A stretch of DNA of 64,000 nt from Paraspadella gotoi. Taxonomy: Eukaryota > Animalia > Chaetognatha. Below the pieces are notes generated by a model. The model did no database searches. It had not been told where the DNA came from and saw only the letters and a program-made list of their open reading frames with translations. Both the position numbers and the translations under genes were made by a program. The DNA is taken from NCBI GenBank assembly GCA_051294375.1, contig JBJCIZ010000744.1, positions 982,262 to 1,046,261 on the forward strand. Reading direction: 5' to 3'. This document shows, piece by piece, positions 25,667 to 39,200 of the stretch; position 1 is the first letter of the stretch, and each line of letters begins with the position of its first letter.

Positions 25667-26845
25667 TCATTTCTTGGCGTGAGGATCGGGAGTCTTCAGG
25701 TTGTACTTTTGTTTCATCTTCTGAATCTCTTCTTCCTTCTTTTCCATGTCGAGCTTCTTGAAGGCCTTCGTCGATTGGTAATAGAGGACGACGAGATATC
25801 GATTGCAGACGTTGAAGCCCGAGAGATGATCGCAGGCCTGTTTGGCGTCGAAGATGTCCTCGTAGACGACGAAGGCCGTGCCTGGATTGGGGCGGGGAAA
25901 AGGGGGTGGGGAAAGAGGGGTGGGGGAAAGTAGCGGGGAAAGGAGCGGGGAAAGGAGGAGCGGGGTAAAGAGGGGCGGGGTTAAGAACGAAAAGCTTAGT
26001 CTTGATTCCGACAAATATAGTAATGTAGTCTAAGAGAATGAGTAATGAAGTATATCATAGACTGTTGAGAGATTTGGCTTTCCCGCGTTGCAGGGTAGGA
26101 TTTGCTCGTCGTGAGGGAGGCTCAACTGCATCTGACAAGACTCCCGAACGTCGTATATAACTGGAGATCTCTCAAAAGCAAACCAAATAATAAAAAGGTC
26201 GAATCGAAGAAATGTAAAGAAAATGTAATAAAAACGTAAATCAGACGAAAATCCAGCGTAAATCGAACAGAAATCCAGCAAAAAATCATACAGAAAATCT
26301 CCTAAGAAAATAACGGCGTCCGTAGAAAAGTCGTAAGAAAATAGTTGATATTCCAGAGAAAATCGTAAGGACTGAATTTGGTCTGTCTGAGCTTTTTCGA
26401 GAGAACTATGAGAGAGAAAGGGCGGGAGAAACCGGTAAAAGAGAGAGAGGGCGAACGAGTCGTACGGTCAACCTTGGTCCGGTCGATCGGTCAGTCCATC
26501 GACCTGGGTTGTCGTCGTCTTTGTCGTCGTCTCCGTCGGTCTCGGGCCTTTCTCTTCATAAGTATACTTTCCATGAGGGAAAGGCAAAGGTACAATAGAA
26601 GAGAGAGAGATCGATAGAGAGCGAGAGATCGCCGTAAACTATTTCATCCCCAAAACCTCCATCATCCCCCCACCTTTGGTTTCCGGCGTTGTCCCGACCC
26701 GGATTTGCCGGATGGCGCCGTATTTGCCGAAAATGTCGTACATTTCCTCCGCCGTGATTTTGTAAGGTAAGTTCCGGACATAAAGAACTCGGTTGACTTC
26801 GGGCGGAAGCCTCACTTGAGACCGAGTCTTCGCTTGCATCGCCAT
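25667..26845 (-). CDS. SF3B6: Splicing factor 3B subunit 6 (p14), 2 exons, 128 aa
   Basis: Exons 26845-26674 and 25881-25667. [40 protein letters not shown]...[36 protein letters not shown] is the SF3b14 RRM. Confidence 0.96.
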
Positions 26846-27087
26846 ATTTTTAAATAACTTTTAAATTTAGATATTTAATATTTAAACATTTTTTTCTGGA
26901 AAACAATACAAATTTGTCGTTAATGACTGACCGACTTGAGCATGGCGGCAGTTGACAAAGAATATTTTTTTTTTGACAAATAACAGATTAGGTTAAAAAA
27001 AGAAATACCTAAATTTGTGACTACGATCAAGCGAGTTAACAAAAAAACGGGAAACGTAAAAAAGTTAAATAACAACAACAACAACAA

Positions 27088-27636
27088 TCAATCATATTCT
27101 TTCGGTTTCAAAAATTTTCTGACTTTTTTCAGAACGCGAGTTTTTTTCTGACGACTCCCTTCCTCCTTCTCTTCTTCCTCCTCCTCCTCTTCCTCCCTCC
27201 TTTGTTTCTTAGTCTTAAACTTCCTCCCCACATTCCTCGCGAAGGAACTCTTCGCCAACTCCTCGTCCGTCACCGAAGGCCTCTCCTCCTCCTCCCCTTT
27301 CTCCTCCTCCCTCCTCCTCTTCATGACCGCCTCCAACTCTGGATTCATCCCCATAAAACTCGCTCGTCCGAATTCAAGATCCTCCAATCGAGAGAGGGAG
27401 TTGCTGTATTCGAACGTCTCGTGGAGATCGGAGGCGCGACTCGGCAAAGAGTTGCGGGAGGCGAATTGAAGGTAGCCTTCGGGGAGCGACTCCACCACCC
27501 ACTGCTCCTCCAAAGCGCCCATCTCCTCCTCTACCTCCTCCTGCTGGAGCTTCACCGCCGTCTTTTGCATGAACTTCATCTGAAGAAGAGTTTTGGACAT
27601 GGCGCCGCCGCCGCTTCCTTCGCCGCCGCCCGCCAT
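27088..27636 (-). CDS. MPHOSPH6: M-phase phosphoprotein 6 (nuclear exosome cofactor MPP6)
   Basis: MSKTLLQMKFMQ, FGRASFMGMNPELE, VTDEELA and C-terminal FLKP match the MPP6 conserved blocks. Confidence 0.85.
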   Translation of the reverse strand: MAGGGEGSGGGAMSKTLLQMKFMQKTAVKLQQEEVEEEMGALEEQWVVESLPEGYLQFASRNSLPSRASDLHETFEYSNSLSRLEDLEFGRASFMGMNPELEAVMKRRREEEKGEEEERPSVTDEELAKSSFARNVGRKFKTKKQRREEEEEEEEEKEEGSRQKKTRVLKKVRKFLKPKEYD

Positions 27637-28084
27637 TTTCTTTCGTCGAGTTTAGTTTAAATTTTGACAATAAAGAATCTGTCCTCCGTTTTCAGATCAA
27701 AGACAAATTCAACGAAACCGATGGAGATAAAAAAGCGAAGACAAAATGAGATAAAATAATGAAAGGATCCGTTTCAAGTTTTCCGATATCAGCCGTCTCT
27801 GAATTTCATCTAAAACGAGAAATTATTTTCAATTCGTGATTAAATTTTTTACAGATTTTCAACAACCAAAAGTTCCAAATATCGGGACTACACTAGACAC
27901 TGTAGTCTACAGTAAATAGTAAATACGGACGAATGTGATACCAGAAAGTCCTGAATTCCCTCGTTGTTAGAGAACAACTTTCACAATTGATGAAACGATT
28001 AATATAATTTTTAACGACAACTTTGCATAAAAGCGAAACAGCAAAAAAACAGTGAAACAGCAGCGAACAAAACAAAATCGAGGA

Positions 28085-28215
28085 TAAAAATGGCTGCCAT
28101 CTCCGGCGTCCTGATCTCGGCATCCGATTGGTCGCCTATTTTTTTCGTCTTCTCATTGGTCAAATTAAATCACGTGATGCAACTCATGACTTTTTCCTCT
28201 TCTTCTTGTCACGTC
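28085..28215. promoter_or_regulatory. Probable housekeeping promoter upstream of MPHOSPH6
   Basis: YY1-like AAAATGGCTGCC, two ATTGG (CCAAT) boxes and E-box TCACGTGA within ~130 bp, about 450 bp 5' of the ATG. Confidence 0.45.
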
Positions 28216-30297
28216 CTCTCTTGGGAAATATTCGAAATTCAGAAGAAAGTTTTCATTTTTAGAGAAATGATCACGTTATCGGAAAGTTTTTTTTATTACG
28301 CCAAAAACCAAAACGATTTTTAGGTTTAAAAAATAGGGTAACTCCGCAAACAACCTTAGGTACCACTGGTCGGTGCTTTGTTAATCCATTTAATTTTGTT
28401 TTCCCTCTAACGTCGAGTCTCGCTTTACGCAATTATATACATTATTTTTTGTTCAGTAATACAAATTTTATAATAAATAATAATAGTTTTAAATTTATTT
28501 TAATTGTTATTTTTATGTTTCAGATAAAATTAATTGTTTACGTACGAGTTTCTTAAAGAAACAAATTTTGGATAGGTTTCAGCTTAAAAAACAAATTGAT
28601 TTGTGAAGCAAATATTCTTACTGACTTTCTCTCTTCAAACTTTTAACAAAGTCTGTAAAAATATTTTTTTTACAAATCAATTCGTTTTTACGCTGAAGGT
28701 TTACATTCAAAATTTATATTTTTAATAAAATTCGTTGTATGTAAACCAACAAAAATTGTTGTATTATATTTTTTAAACGGTTCGCAATTGGGTTAAGGTT
28801 GGTGAGGGATTAAGGGCGGTTAACTTATTTTATACAATATACCCCTAAACTGGAAACTTTCGGAGATCGTAACCAACCTTAGCTACCACCGGTTGGCGAA
28901 ACTATGCCTATCTTATATAGCTAGCGAATTCGAGGGATGCGGCCTTGCTATAAAAAAAAGAGATGGTTTTTTTTAAATTTTTATGCAAAAACATTCGTAT
29001 ATTGCGAAAATTCGATTACGAAAAACAACTCGAATACAACGATAACGAATACGAATATTATAAATCGAAACGGGCAAAAAGAAAACTGGATTCAGATTTA
29101 ATAAAGTAAGAAAGAAAATGGAAAATTAAACTACGACTAAACAAAGGCTTGATTGGTAACGAAATCTATTTAAAACAATATTTACAATTTGTGGTAGCGA
29201 ATAGAATATTCTCTCTTGAAAAAATATCAAAATAAGTAATTAGGCAAACCTACTAAAAACCTATCCAAAATAATGAATAAAGAAAGAAAAAAAAATTTAT
29301 TAATTATTAATTCATGAAAATCATTAACGAATCTACTACATGATGATCACACGCGAAAAACAAACCACATATAAAGTGGCTTAAACTTTTTAAGTACACA
29401 AGAGACGTTGCCATTTGTTCCCTTATTGCAAAGTTCGGTTTTCCGAGGCAAAAAAAAAAAAAAGTAGTTCCAACCATTAAATATTTCATTTTAATTAGCG
29501 AATGAAAATATCACGAGTATTAAAGGGGAGTAAAACAGAATTCCCTCGTCTTTCGTATGAAATAGACTTTTCCTCTATGACATCCGGGGAGGATAAAGGG
29601 GGACGGTGGCGAGAAAAAATTGTTCTAAAACGCGAACCGTGAGGCAAAGGGGGAATAGTGGGACAGGGAAGGGAGATTAGAAAAAGATTGTGGACAAGAT
29701 TGTGGGCACTGGGAGATTCCAGGATGAGAGGAAAGATTAAGGAAAAAAATATGAAGAAAGATTAGATTAAATAAGGGAAGGACGGAAATGTGGAAAAATT
29801 AAGCGTGGGGGAGAAATGGAATGAATGAGGAAAATGTGGGGAAAATAAGTGTGAGAAAGAATGTGGCGGCATAGTGGAGAGAGTGTGGGAAAAGAACGTG
29901 TATGGCAAGATGAAGATCCAAGATTGAGAAAATATGCAAGAAAGAGAGATTTATGAAATGATTTGGTGAGGAGATTTGGGCGGGGGACTTGTGGAGGGGA
30001 CTGACTTGTGGAGGGGACTGACTTGTGGAGGGGACTGACGAGACGATGGATAAAGATAAAGTTGATGAATTTCTGCGTGTTTTTTCGATGAATAGGAAAA
30101 TGTCAGCATTTTTTTTTTCGTCCGACGTCAATTTTTATGTTGATCTTTTGTTGATGCCGTTTTTTTCTTTGTGTGCGATCTCATTTTGTATCGATGACAA
30201 ACTAATAAAAAAAAAGAATAATTTATCATAAAAAAAATTAAATAAATTTAAGCTCGTTTTCACTTTCGCTCACCAGATTAAGTAATATAAAGTATCC

Positions 30298-33200
30298 TCA
30301 GCTCGGCGACGGCGGCGCTTCGATTCCGCTGCCGGAGTGACCCGTCGGTGCGGCGTCGGCGCTGCCGGAGTGACCCGAGGTCGGCGAAGGAGGATCGGCG
30401 TCGTCGTGTTCGTCTTCCGTCGTGGAAAGAGGCTCTTTGTGTTCGGATGGAGGAGTTGAGGGGGCGCTGCCTGAAATTTTTAATTCCACTTTTATTCAAG
30501 TTTTATTTTTCATGGTTCATTCGGATTCATTCAGATTTATTCTGATTCATTCATTAATTTTCCTATTCCATTCACTCATTCAGAGATCCATTTCTTTTCG
30601 TCTCACGGGTCCGATTTTCAAATTCCGTAAAAACGCAAACGTAATTCGATTAATTAATATTTTCTCCAGTTAATAGTATATAAACCACAAGGACGACCCT
30701 ATGAGAAGGACATTAACATTTGCAGATTCTAAATTAGGATCCGCGTAAAAAAAAACGAATTGTCAAATAAAAATTCAACCCGCGAAAATAAATGTACATT
30801 TGACAATTTTAAATTATCATAATCTGAAAAATCATTACTTACAAGGATATCATGAAAAAGCCTAAGTAAAACTGATTTAGAAAAGCTAATAACAATTTAA
30901 TAATAATTTTATATTTGCCGTCAGCCCTTTATTTTTTGTAAGGAGTCTCGGATTTATCTTAATTAAATTAAGGTTGGGCAGGATAAATTTTATACTACAA
31001 TACTAGTCCATCATTCTCTTCATATTTGCAAGGGCTTTCCGAAAATAATAATATTGATATTATTTTATTCAAAATATCTTTAAAAAGCTTAATGAAAGTT
31101 GGAAAAAAAATATATGGATATGGATAACTTTTATATTGGTTGTACCAATTTCATATAAAAAGAGAATTTAAAAATGAGAGACGGTTTTCAATTCTATCTT
31201 CCTAACATCAAAGCACACCAAATCTCACAGTTCTCAAGCCACACTGGACAAACCATTCGAGCTCCTCGGATACTCGGGCGGCGGGAGGGGCGGCTTCTCG
31301 TCTCTAAGGATGAGGGGCGTGTGCGGAGGTTCGGGGTGATCCTGGAGTTCGTCCACGAAGATGACGGGGATGCCTATGGGAAAAAGATTTATTTAGATAT
31401 TTAAAGGATTTTTTTTAATACTTTAAAAGTTTATTTTTTATTTATCAATTTCATTCGATACTTTCTCACCTTTGTTGAGAAATGTCCGTTTTTCCCCCAA
31501 AGTTAATTTTCCTCGACGCGATTTCTAAAAAGTATGAAAAATATTTATATATATTAATGCCAGCTACAGGATGTGAATGTTGCTGTGGGTGTTCGCTTAA
31601 CTGATAAGTTATGCTTAATTTAAGTATCAACTATCCATTGATCGTTCTTTATATCGACGTTTAAGTGAACGTTTAAAAAAACATATTGTGGTAGTGAATT
31701 CCATCAATCATCATATCATTCATCATATCATCAATCATCACCTTATAAAGAATACAAGCGATGCAAGCGGCAAGCACGAGGATGACGGCGATGACGACAG
31801 CTGGCAGCACCGTCGTGATCCAGACGTCAGCGTCGTCGGCGCCGCCGGAGGGCGCAGCAGCAGCCGCAGGATCGTCGTCGTCGCCTCGGGAGGAGGAGGA
31901 GGAAGAGTCGTCGACGGCGACGACTTCATGACTCATTTTGTCACAAGGACCGTGAGTTGTGAGAGAGACCTGATGCGTGATAAATTTCGATCAAGTTTAA
32001 TGATTAATGACGTGAATTAAACTTCACGAAAATGGAGAAAGCGATTTATCTTTTGGGGTGGATTTTAAATTTCGAGTAGAAAAGAAAATGAAACAACAGC
32101 CGGGTTGCCGGTCAGGCCCATTGGGATGGGGCATCTCACTGTTGGCTTTGGGGGACTTCCGACCCTCAGTGACGCCTCGTGTCACTGGCGCGGTTACCCG
32201 CCACAAAACAGTCTCAAGTTCATTTGAGATTTAATATAGAATTAATTAGAATTATTGTTAAACAACTATTCAAGAGATATACCAATTGTTACGTATTAAT
32301 TATTCAACCGTTCATAATTTATCGCAGCTTCGGATCGAGCTGTCGCAACATGGCACAACACAGGTGGGTTAAGCCCCCCACTCAACTACCAGGCTAGAAC
32401 TCCGGACCTTCGGGCAATTAAAACTGAACGGTCGGTGGATTAAAATCCTCCACGCTTGACGATTAACTCATCTCGCCGTTGAAGAGACAGTGATAATTGT
32501 TATGTGTTAGTGACAGAACCGTTCAATATAAGCAGTCCCTGAGCTTCGGATCAGGCTGTAACGCCATGTTACAGGCGGGTTAAGCGCCCCGTCCCTCTTA
32601 ACTGCAAGGCAACCACCGGGCTAGAACCCCGGACCTTTGGGTTGGGAGGCGAATGACTTGCCTCCGGCACCAATGGCCGCTGATGAACGGTTAGTGGATT
32701 TTAGTCCATACCGTCGAACCCCCGTTCACGAACCTTGCTGAGAATGAAATCGTTTTCCGCCATGGGTCTAATGACGGAATCCTTGATTCTGTCCCGCTGA
32801 TCGAACACGGTCTCTTTCATTCTCTTTAAATCCGCGACGGGACAAGGGGAGAAGGGCAGGGAAGAGTTGGTCCAACCCACGGCCGTCGATCCTCCTTTGA
32901 CTCGGGTGATGAGAATGTCGTCCATCGAAGAGTTGAACACACTAAGGGTAGGGGGGAGTGGATAATTAAATTGATCGATAATAAAAATATTATTTCTTTC
33001 TTATTATGTGTTAAATAGTTTATAATTTTAAGTTGCTAAATCACTATGCTGTCCCAGTAGGTTAGTTGCTTAGTTTCTCAAACTAGGCCTCTAGATCTAA
33101 GCGTTCCTTTGATGTTTTGATTTTTTGAGACAGAAACTGCTTTGAAGTTCAAGAGCGTATATACGTATCGAGTTGTTATTTAAAACTATTATATAATTTG

Positions 33201-36200
33201 TAAATCACGACATCTGACTATCGATCTATCAAACTATATTATACTATGTTCATTATACTATGAATAGATCTATAGTCAGATGTGGTGATTTAGCCGAAGC
33301 AGAATAAATTGAAATAGGAATCGCCTATTTACTCTTACCTGGCGAGCGTTTTTAAGAATCGTATTCTCACATCCAGATCGCGTTTAAACTTCATTAATTC
33401 CATTTCGAACTTAAATATTAATTCGTGGTTAAATTTTTTCCGCCGTCCGCCGCCGGTTCCGCGGGGATGAAGAACTTTAACTGAAATTTAAAAAAATATT
33501 TATTCAGAAATTATTTCAACTAAACGAATATTTCTGCATCAATTAATGATTACATCAATTTTGGGTATTGATTTTAAACATTACTTTTTAAATATAATAC
33601 TGTGAATACGATTATATTTAAAAACTTTCAATAATTGCTACAATTACTATTTAAAAAAAAATTTTTGAATCAAAGTTATACAAAAATTCCCAAAGTATTG
33701 CATTTAACTGAACAACTGCAGGTCTTTAGCTTTCCAATCTTGAGAAGACGGTCTAGTCCAATAAATTTATAAATTACATATGAATTTGGTACCAACAATA
33801 TCAAAACTATCCATTCATTTAATAAATAAGCTATCTTGCTCCTGACTTTGGTGGTTTAAGGCATCACTCTTGCAAGATAATAAAATATTAGGACTCTGCA
33901 AGCTTTTAATGAAATGTTTTAAATAATAATAATAATAATAATTTTTAAAAAAATGTTTCAATTGTATGACCACTTCATAAAGTATTTTAAAAAGATATTG
34001 TTAAAAAAATAACGAACAATATGACAATTTAAGCACTGACCCGTGATGGCGTCACGCGCTACATTTCCCGTCGAGTCCGTGGCGACTAGGACAAGTTCCA
34101 AGACTCGAGGTTTGACATCATCCTTAAGAGGAAGACCGTAGATCATGTTCCTGGAATAAAGTAATAATAGTAATATTTTAATATTGCATATTTTTCTATT
34201 TTATTTCAAATTTCATTTCACTTCATTATTCCTACACTATTTCTTTTCTATTCCATTTCTTTTACTTCACAATTCCTTTTCTATTCCATTTCGTCGGATT
34301 TTCGAACAAGAGTTAATCTCAAAAGTCAACCCGAGTTCATTCAGTCTGATTTTACTGTTTGTTTCATTGTTTGTTCACACGGAATCAAAAGACAAAAGGC
34401 AAAATTGATTCAATAGCCGAGGGGGGGGGGGAAGAGTCGAAGCGGAAACATCTGGCTTTGCAACATTCCGCGTTACCATTTATATTGTGATCAAATTACA
34501 AAAAGGGTCATGCCTCATGGGAAAATATCTCAGACGGAAAACTATGGCTCGTCTTCCGATTCGCTTTCTTCTAATCATGACCCACGAGTCCACGACATTA
34601 GAATATTTTGGACCCAATCACGTGGCATGTCTGAAAGATGTCTTTGCCACAATCTTGAAACATTTCAGAAGAATGTCTTCGCCGCATTCTTCCGCATGTC
34701 CAAAGAATATCTTTGCCCCAATCACAGCATGTCAGATGAATGTCTTTGCTTAATCTTGAAGAATGTCAGAATAATGTCTGCCCCAATCTTGAGGCATGTC
34801 AGAAAAATGCCGTTATAAAAAAAAAACTGGAAGCTTTCAATAAATTTTGAGTTTATGTTTATGAGTGCAATGCATTATGGATTATGGACTAAGCTTACTT
34901 GGGCTTAGCACCCTTGGTAAGTATATTAATTAAAATCAAAGCAAATATAACAACAACAATAACAACGCCTCACCTCTCGGCATCGTATCGAATCCAGGAA
35001 TGCTGCGGCATTCCGAGTCCATCGCCCCGCAGCAGCTGTAGCTCGAGTCGCCCGTCGGAGCCGCCAGCGTCTGAAGGAGAAAGGGTGAAAAAAAAAGTTT
35101 ATTTAAAGTCGCAGTGCATAATTGAATTAATTGGATTAAAGTTGACAAGTTTTGAATTATCACACAAAAATAGGCCGCTTTATATCGAGTATTATAAATA
35201 TAACTTTTCTTATTCAATAAAGCCATTCAATATTTAATCACAAACATGACTAATCCAACATAAACCGACCCCTTACCCAGTTTTTAAACTTACCTCCAAA
35301 CCGGAACATCTCCTCCACATCCGGCAAATGATGTTCGCAATATTTTCCTTCGACGCATTCGAATTTCCCGAGATTCGCGTCGACTGGCGGACGTCGCCTC
35401 TCCTCCTCCTCCTCTTCTTCCTCCTTGTGGGTTTGACGATCGTGGTCTTTGTGGACTCCGTGGTGGTGGTGACGATCTTTGTGGTGCCCGTGGCGACGAG
35501 ACGTCGTGGTTGTGGTGGTTGTAGTAGTGGTTGCGGTCGTCGCCACAAAATCCGGCAGAGTTTCCGTTTTTCTTTCGGTGGATTTCGTCGGCGTCGACGC
35601 TGGTTCCAGGCCGCCGCCGCTGCTGCCGCCGCTGCCGCTGCCGACGCTGCTCCCGCCGCCGCTGGATCCTTCGTCTCCGCGTCGCGTGGTCGGCGTCACT
35701 GTGGAGACGCGAGACGGCGCCACAATGGTCGGGACGCCGGACGGAGGCGCCGAAGGAAACAGCGCCGCCGTAGCGATGACGCGATCGTCCTGACGGTGAC
35801 GTCCTCGCGACGAATCGCCGTGACCTCTTCGGCGATCGTCGTAAGGAGATGCGACATCCGTAGGGCGAACGCGATCCGGTTCGAGAGTGGCCGTGGCGTA
35901 GATGTGGCGTTGTGGGCGACGTTTGTGGCGCTGTGGAGAGAGAGAAGGAGGGGGAAAGGGTGATGATTATTCGAAATTTTAGAAACTTGTATTAGATACT
36001 ACAAAATTATGCAAAATTATAACGCACTCGCCGAATGTATGAGGAAAAAACTTGATAAAAATCGCCGGGACGAAAATCGTTTAAATTAGAATAAAATTAA
36101 ACTACATATTATTAACTATTTTAATTTTCTTCTTCCTCCATCAAATTGCGATGCCTTTCTTATCTTTAATACAGTAAAAACCTTTTCTCCATTTGTATCG

Positions 36201-39200
36201 CAAATCCTATTGACCCTAATCTCACCACTTCCCTTACCTTTCTCCCCCTCACTCACCCTCTGCCTTCTAAAGTCCGCATCCACGGGCGACTCGACGTTGT
36301 CCGCCCTCCACCCGACGATGCCTCGGTCCAAGTGTGCGGAGAGGCGTCCATCGCGGGCGGAATGCTCGACCGTCTCCAAAATAGCGATGTTGGCTAAAAG
36401 CGAAAAAGAAAGGAATTTGTAATGAAGAAATTGGTACAACCAATATAAAAATTATATATTTATTTGAGTAATAAGCTATTTAGGACCAGACTTGGGACAG
36501 GCTACTCAAGTTTATGAAATATGGAGTGAGAAAAAGAAACAGAACATATGTACATTGTACAATTATACGAAATACAATAAGCGAGAAAGATGGGGAGATG
36601 GAGAGAGAGAGAGGAGAGGGAGAGAGAGAGAGGGAGAGAGGGAGAGGAGAGAGAGAGAGGGAGAGAGAGAGAGGGAGAGAGAGCGAGCGTCTCGAGGGGA
36701 AAAAAGGCGAATCCTCAAAGTCGCGACTGAACCTTGCAACGCGAGCCCAAAGACTAATATTGCAAACTGCAATGAAGACTTCATTGAAGAGTCCATCTTA
36801 AGCCTTCGGACTGAACCATTTTTTAATCCGTCAAGATTTCCTTTTCCTGCTGCCAAATGCCCAGCCGCCCAGGTGTCCCGTTGGGGTCGATAACGACCGA
36901 GATGGCTCGCTCCTTGAGGCCACGTGGGGCAGATTAACAAAAAGGGGAAAGATGCCAATAAGAGGTTGAACCCATGTGAGGAGTTAAGGGGTGGGGTGTG
37001 GGCCGTGGGGGCGAGAAGGAGGAGGAAGAAGAGAAGGAAGAGGAAATGGAAGAGAAGGAAGAGGAAAAGGAGGATGAAGAGGAAGAGAAGGAGGGCAGGG
37101 AGAGGGAAGAGGAAGAGAAGAAAGAATAGGAAGAGAAAGAAGAGGAAGAGAAAAAAGACGAGGAGAAAGAAGAAAAAGAGGAGAAAGAAGAAGATGAGGA
37201 GAAAGAAGAGAAAAAAGAGGAGGAAGAGAAGGAGGAAAAGAAGTAGGAAGAGAAGGAGGAAAAGGCAAAGAAGAGAAGGAGGAAGAGGAGGAAGAGGAGA
37301 AAGATGAGGAAAAGTGGGAAGAGGAAAAGGAGGAAGCGGATTTGGCAAATTTCCAAAGGATTCGCTTTCGACTCTTCCGTTGACCTTGACCCGACCAGAA
37401 AGAGCCGGACCCGACCCAAACCTGACCCGACCCAAATCCTGACCCAAACAAATGAAAACAAAAGAGGTCATCGGTGGCAGAAGGTGGTGCAATGTCGGAA
37501 CAAACGCACCAACAGATGGAATTGGCTTTTGGATGGCAATGAAAGTGAGATGCGGGCAAAAAAAAGAGGCTACTATTTTCTGAAAGAGACCCATTTCGTG
37601 TTCTCACTCTCTAATCATAATTTTAACCCAAAATATTTAATATATATAACCTTAATCTAATAAATTAATTATTAAAAAATACTAAAAATATACTCATTTA
37701 CCCTAATCCTTATTAATCCTAAATCCCCCTAACCATAAATTACTATTAAATGACCCTTAATACTAAACCGCCCATTTTTTACCAAAAATTAATTTTTAAA
37801 CCTTAATCCTTAATAATGACCTTATCAATATTTTACCATTACCTAAAATTTATTCTTTAACCCGAATCTTAAACTTAATATAACCTAAGGCTAAACCTTA
37901 ATCCTGAACCATAATTCTTAATCAAATCTTTAATTAAATTTTTAAATTAATCTTTAAACCTTAATTTTTAATTTAATCCCTAATTTAATCTTCAAACATA
38001 CTTAATTCTGAATTGAAAACAGAAATGGGGCGATTTTGGGAAATATTATTATCTTTTAAATTTCCAGTTCCCATTATTGCTTGAAAGACATGGTTAATAA
38101 TAATAATTAATAATATTAATGAGTAATAATAATGATAGTAATAGTTCTCCTTACCAGATGTAAAGTCATGTCCACAGCCCATGAGCCAAGTGATGAAGAC
38201 GCCGCCGCCGCCGCCGCCGCCTTTGGCGTCGCCCGCTCCAGCGACGAGCGCAGAGGAAGAGAAGGCGGGTCGAGAGGGAGAGGCGGGGAGGAGGCGGAGG
38301 GAGGACGGGGGAAGCTGTGTGGGGGAGAGGGGGAGAGAGAGAGGGAGGAAAGAGAGAGAGGGAGAGAGGGAAAGAGAGAAGGGGGAGAGAGAAGGGGGAG
38401 AGAAGGGGGAGAAAGGGAGGAAAGAGGGAGAGAGGGAAAGAGAAGGTGAGACAGGGGAAATAGACAACGGGGGGAGAGAGAGGGAAGGGGGGGAGAGAGA
38501 GAGAAGGGGGGGAGAGAGAGAGAGAGAGTTTTAGTGTGTTTAAAATGTTTTGATCGAACAGAAATGCCGTTTAAAACATTAAATTCAATTTTTAAAAAAA
38601 CGTATACTACAAAATACATCGATTACATCACCAAAAAACTGAATTTAAATAGTAATTTTATCAATTTTAACAAACAAATATACATTTTACGTTTAATACC
38701 GCTCCTTCAGCGAACTTATTTAGAGAACGAGTAAGTTAATAACTTCGCGACCAAGAAACCATTAAAAGAGCAGCAGCCTTGGTGGGGGGTAACACTCTCC
38801 TCATTCCTCACCCTTTACTTTCTTTTCTCCTTCTCCTCCTGCTCTCTTCCTCCTCCTCCTCCTCCTCCTCCTCCTCTTGCCAGGAGTCTTCACTTATTTC
38901 CCCTTTAACCCAAATTTGGGCCACGAAAGTCAAGATTCGAGCGACAGACCAACCGACAGACAGATTTCAACGAGGCGCCCCTTCGTTTTATTGAGCGAGG
39001 GATGAGACGTAATAAAAATCACGAGAAGAAAAAATCTTACAATTTTCTGATATTTACAATTTACAATTTTACTATATGATAGAGCAAACTTGTGAAAATT
39101 TAGTAATAATATCATCGAGAATAAAAAAAAAAAAAACTAATCCACTTTGCAGATATAAATTATTTAAGTTTCAATGACAAAATAAAATATTTTAACGTAA

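Noticed and set aside
32680-32700. CTGATGA suggesting a hammerhead on the opposite strand of the family 1 element
   Set aside because: No stem II followed by GAAA; the core is incomplete.
36563-37660. Long ORFs (343, 207, 175, 127 aa) of poly-F/L, poly-S or poly-R/K
   Set aside because: They arise from stop-free purine-rich low-complexity DNA inside a DAG1 intron.
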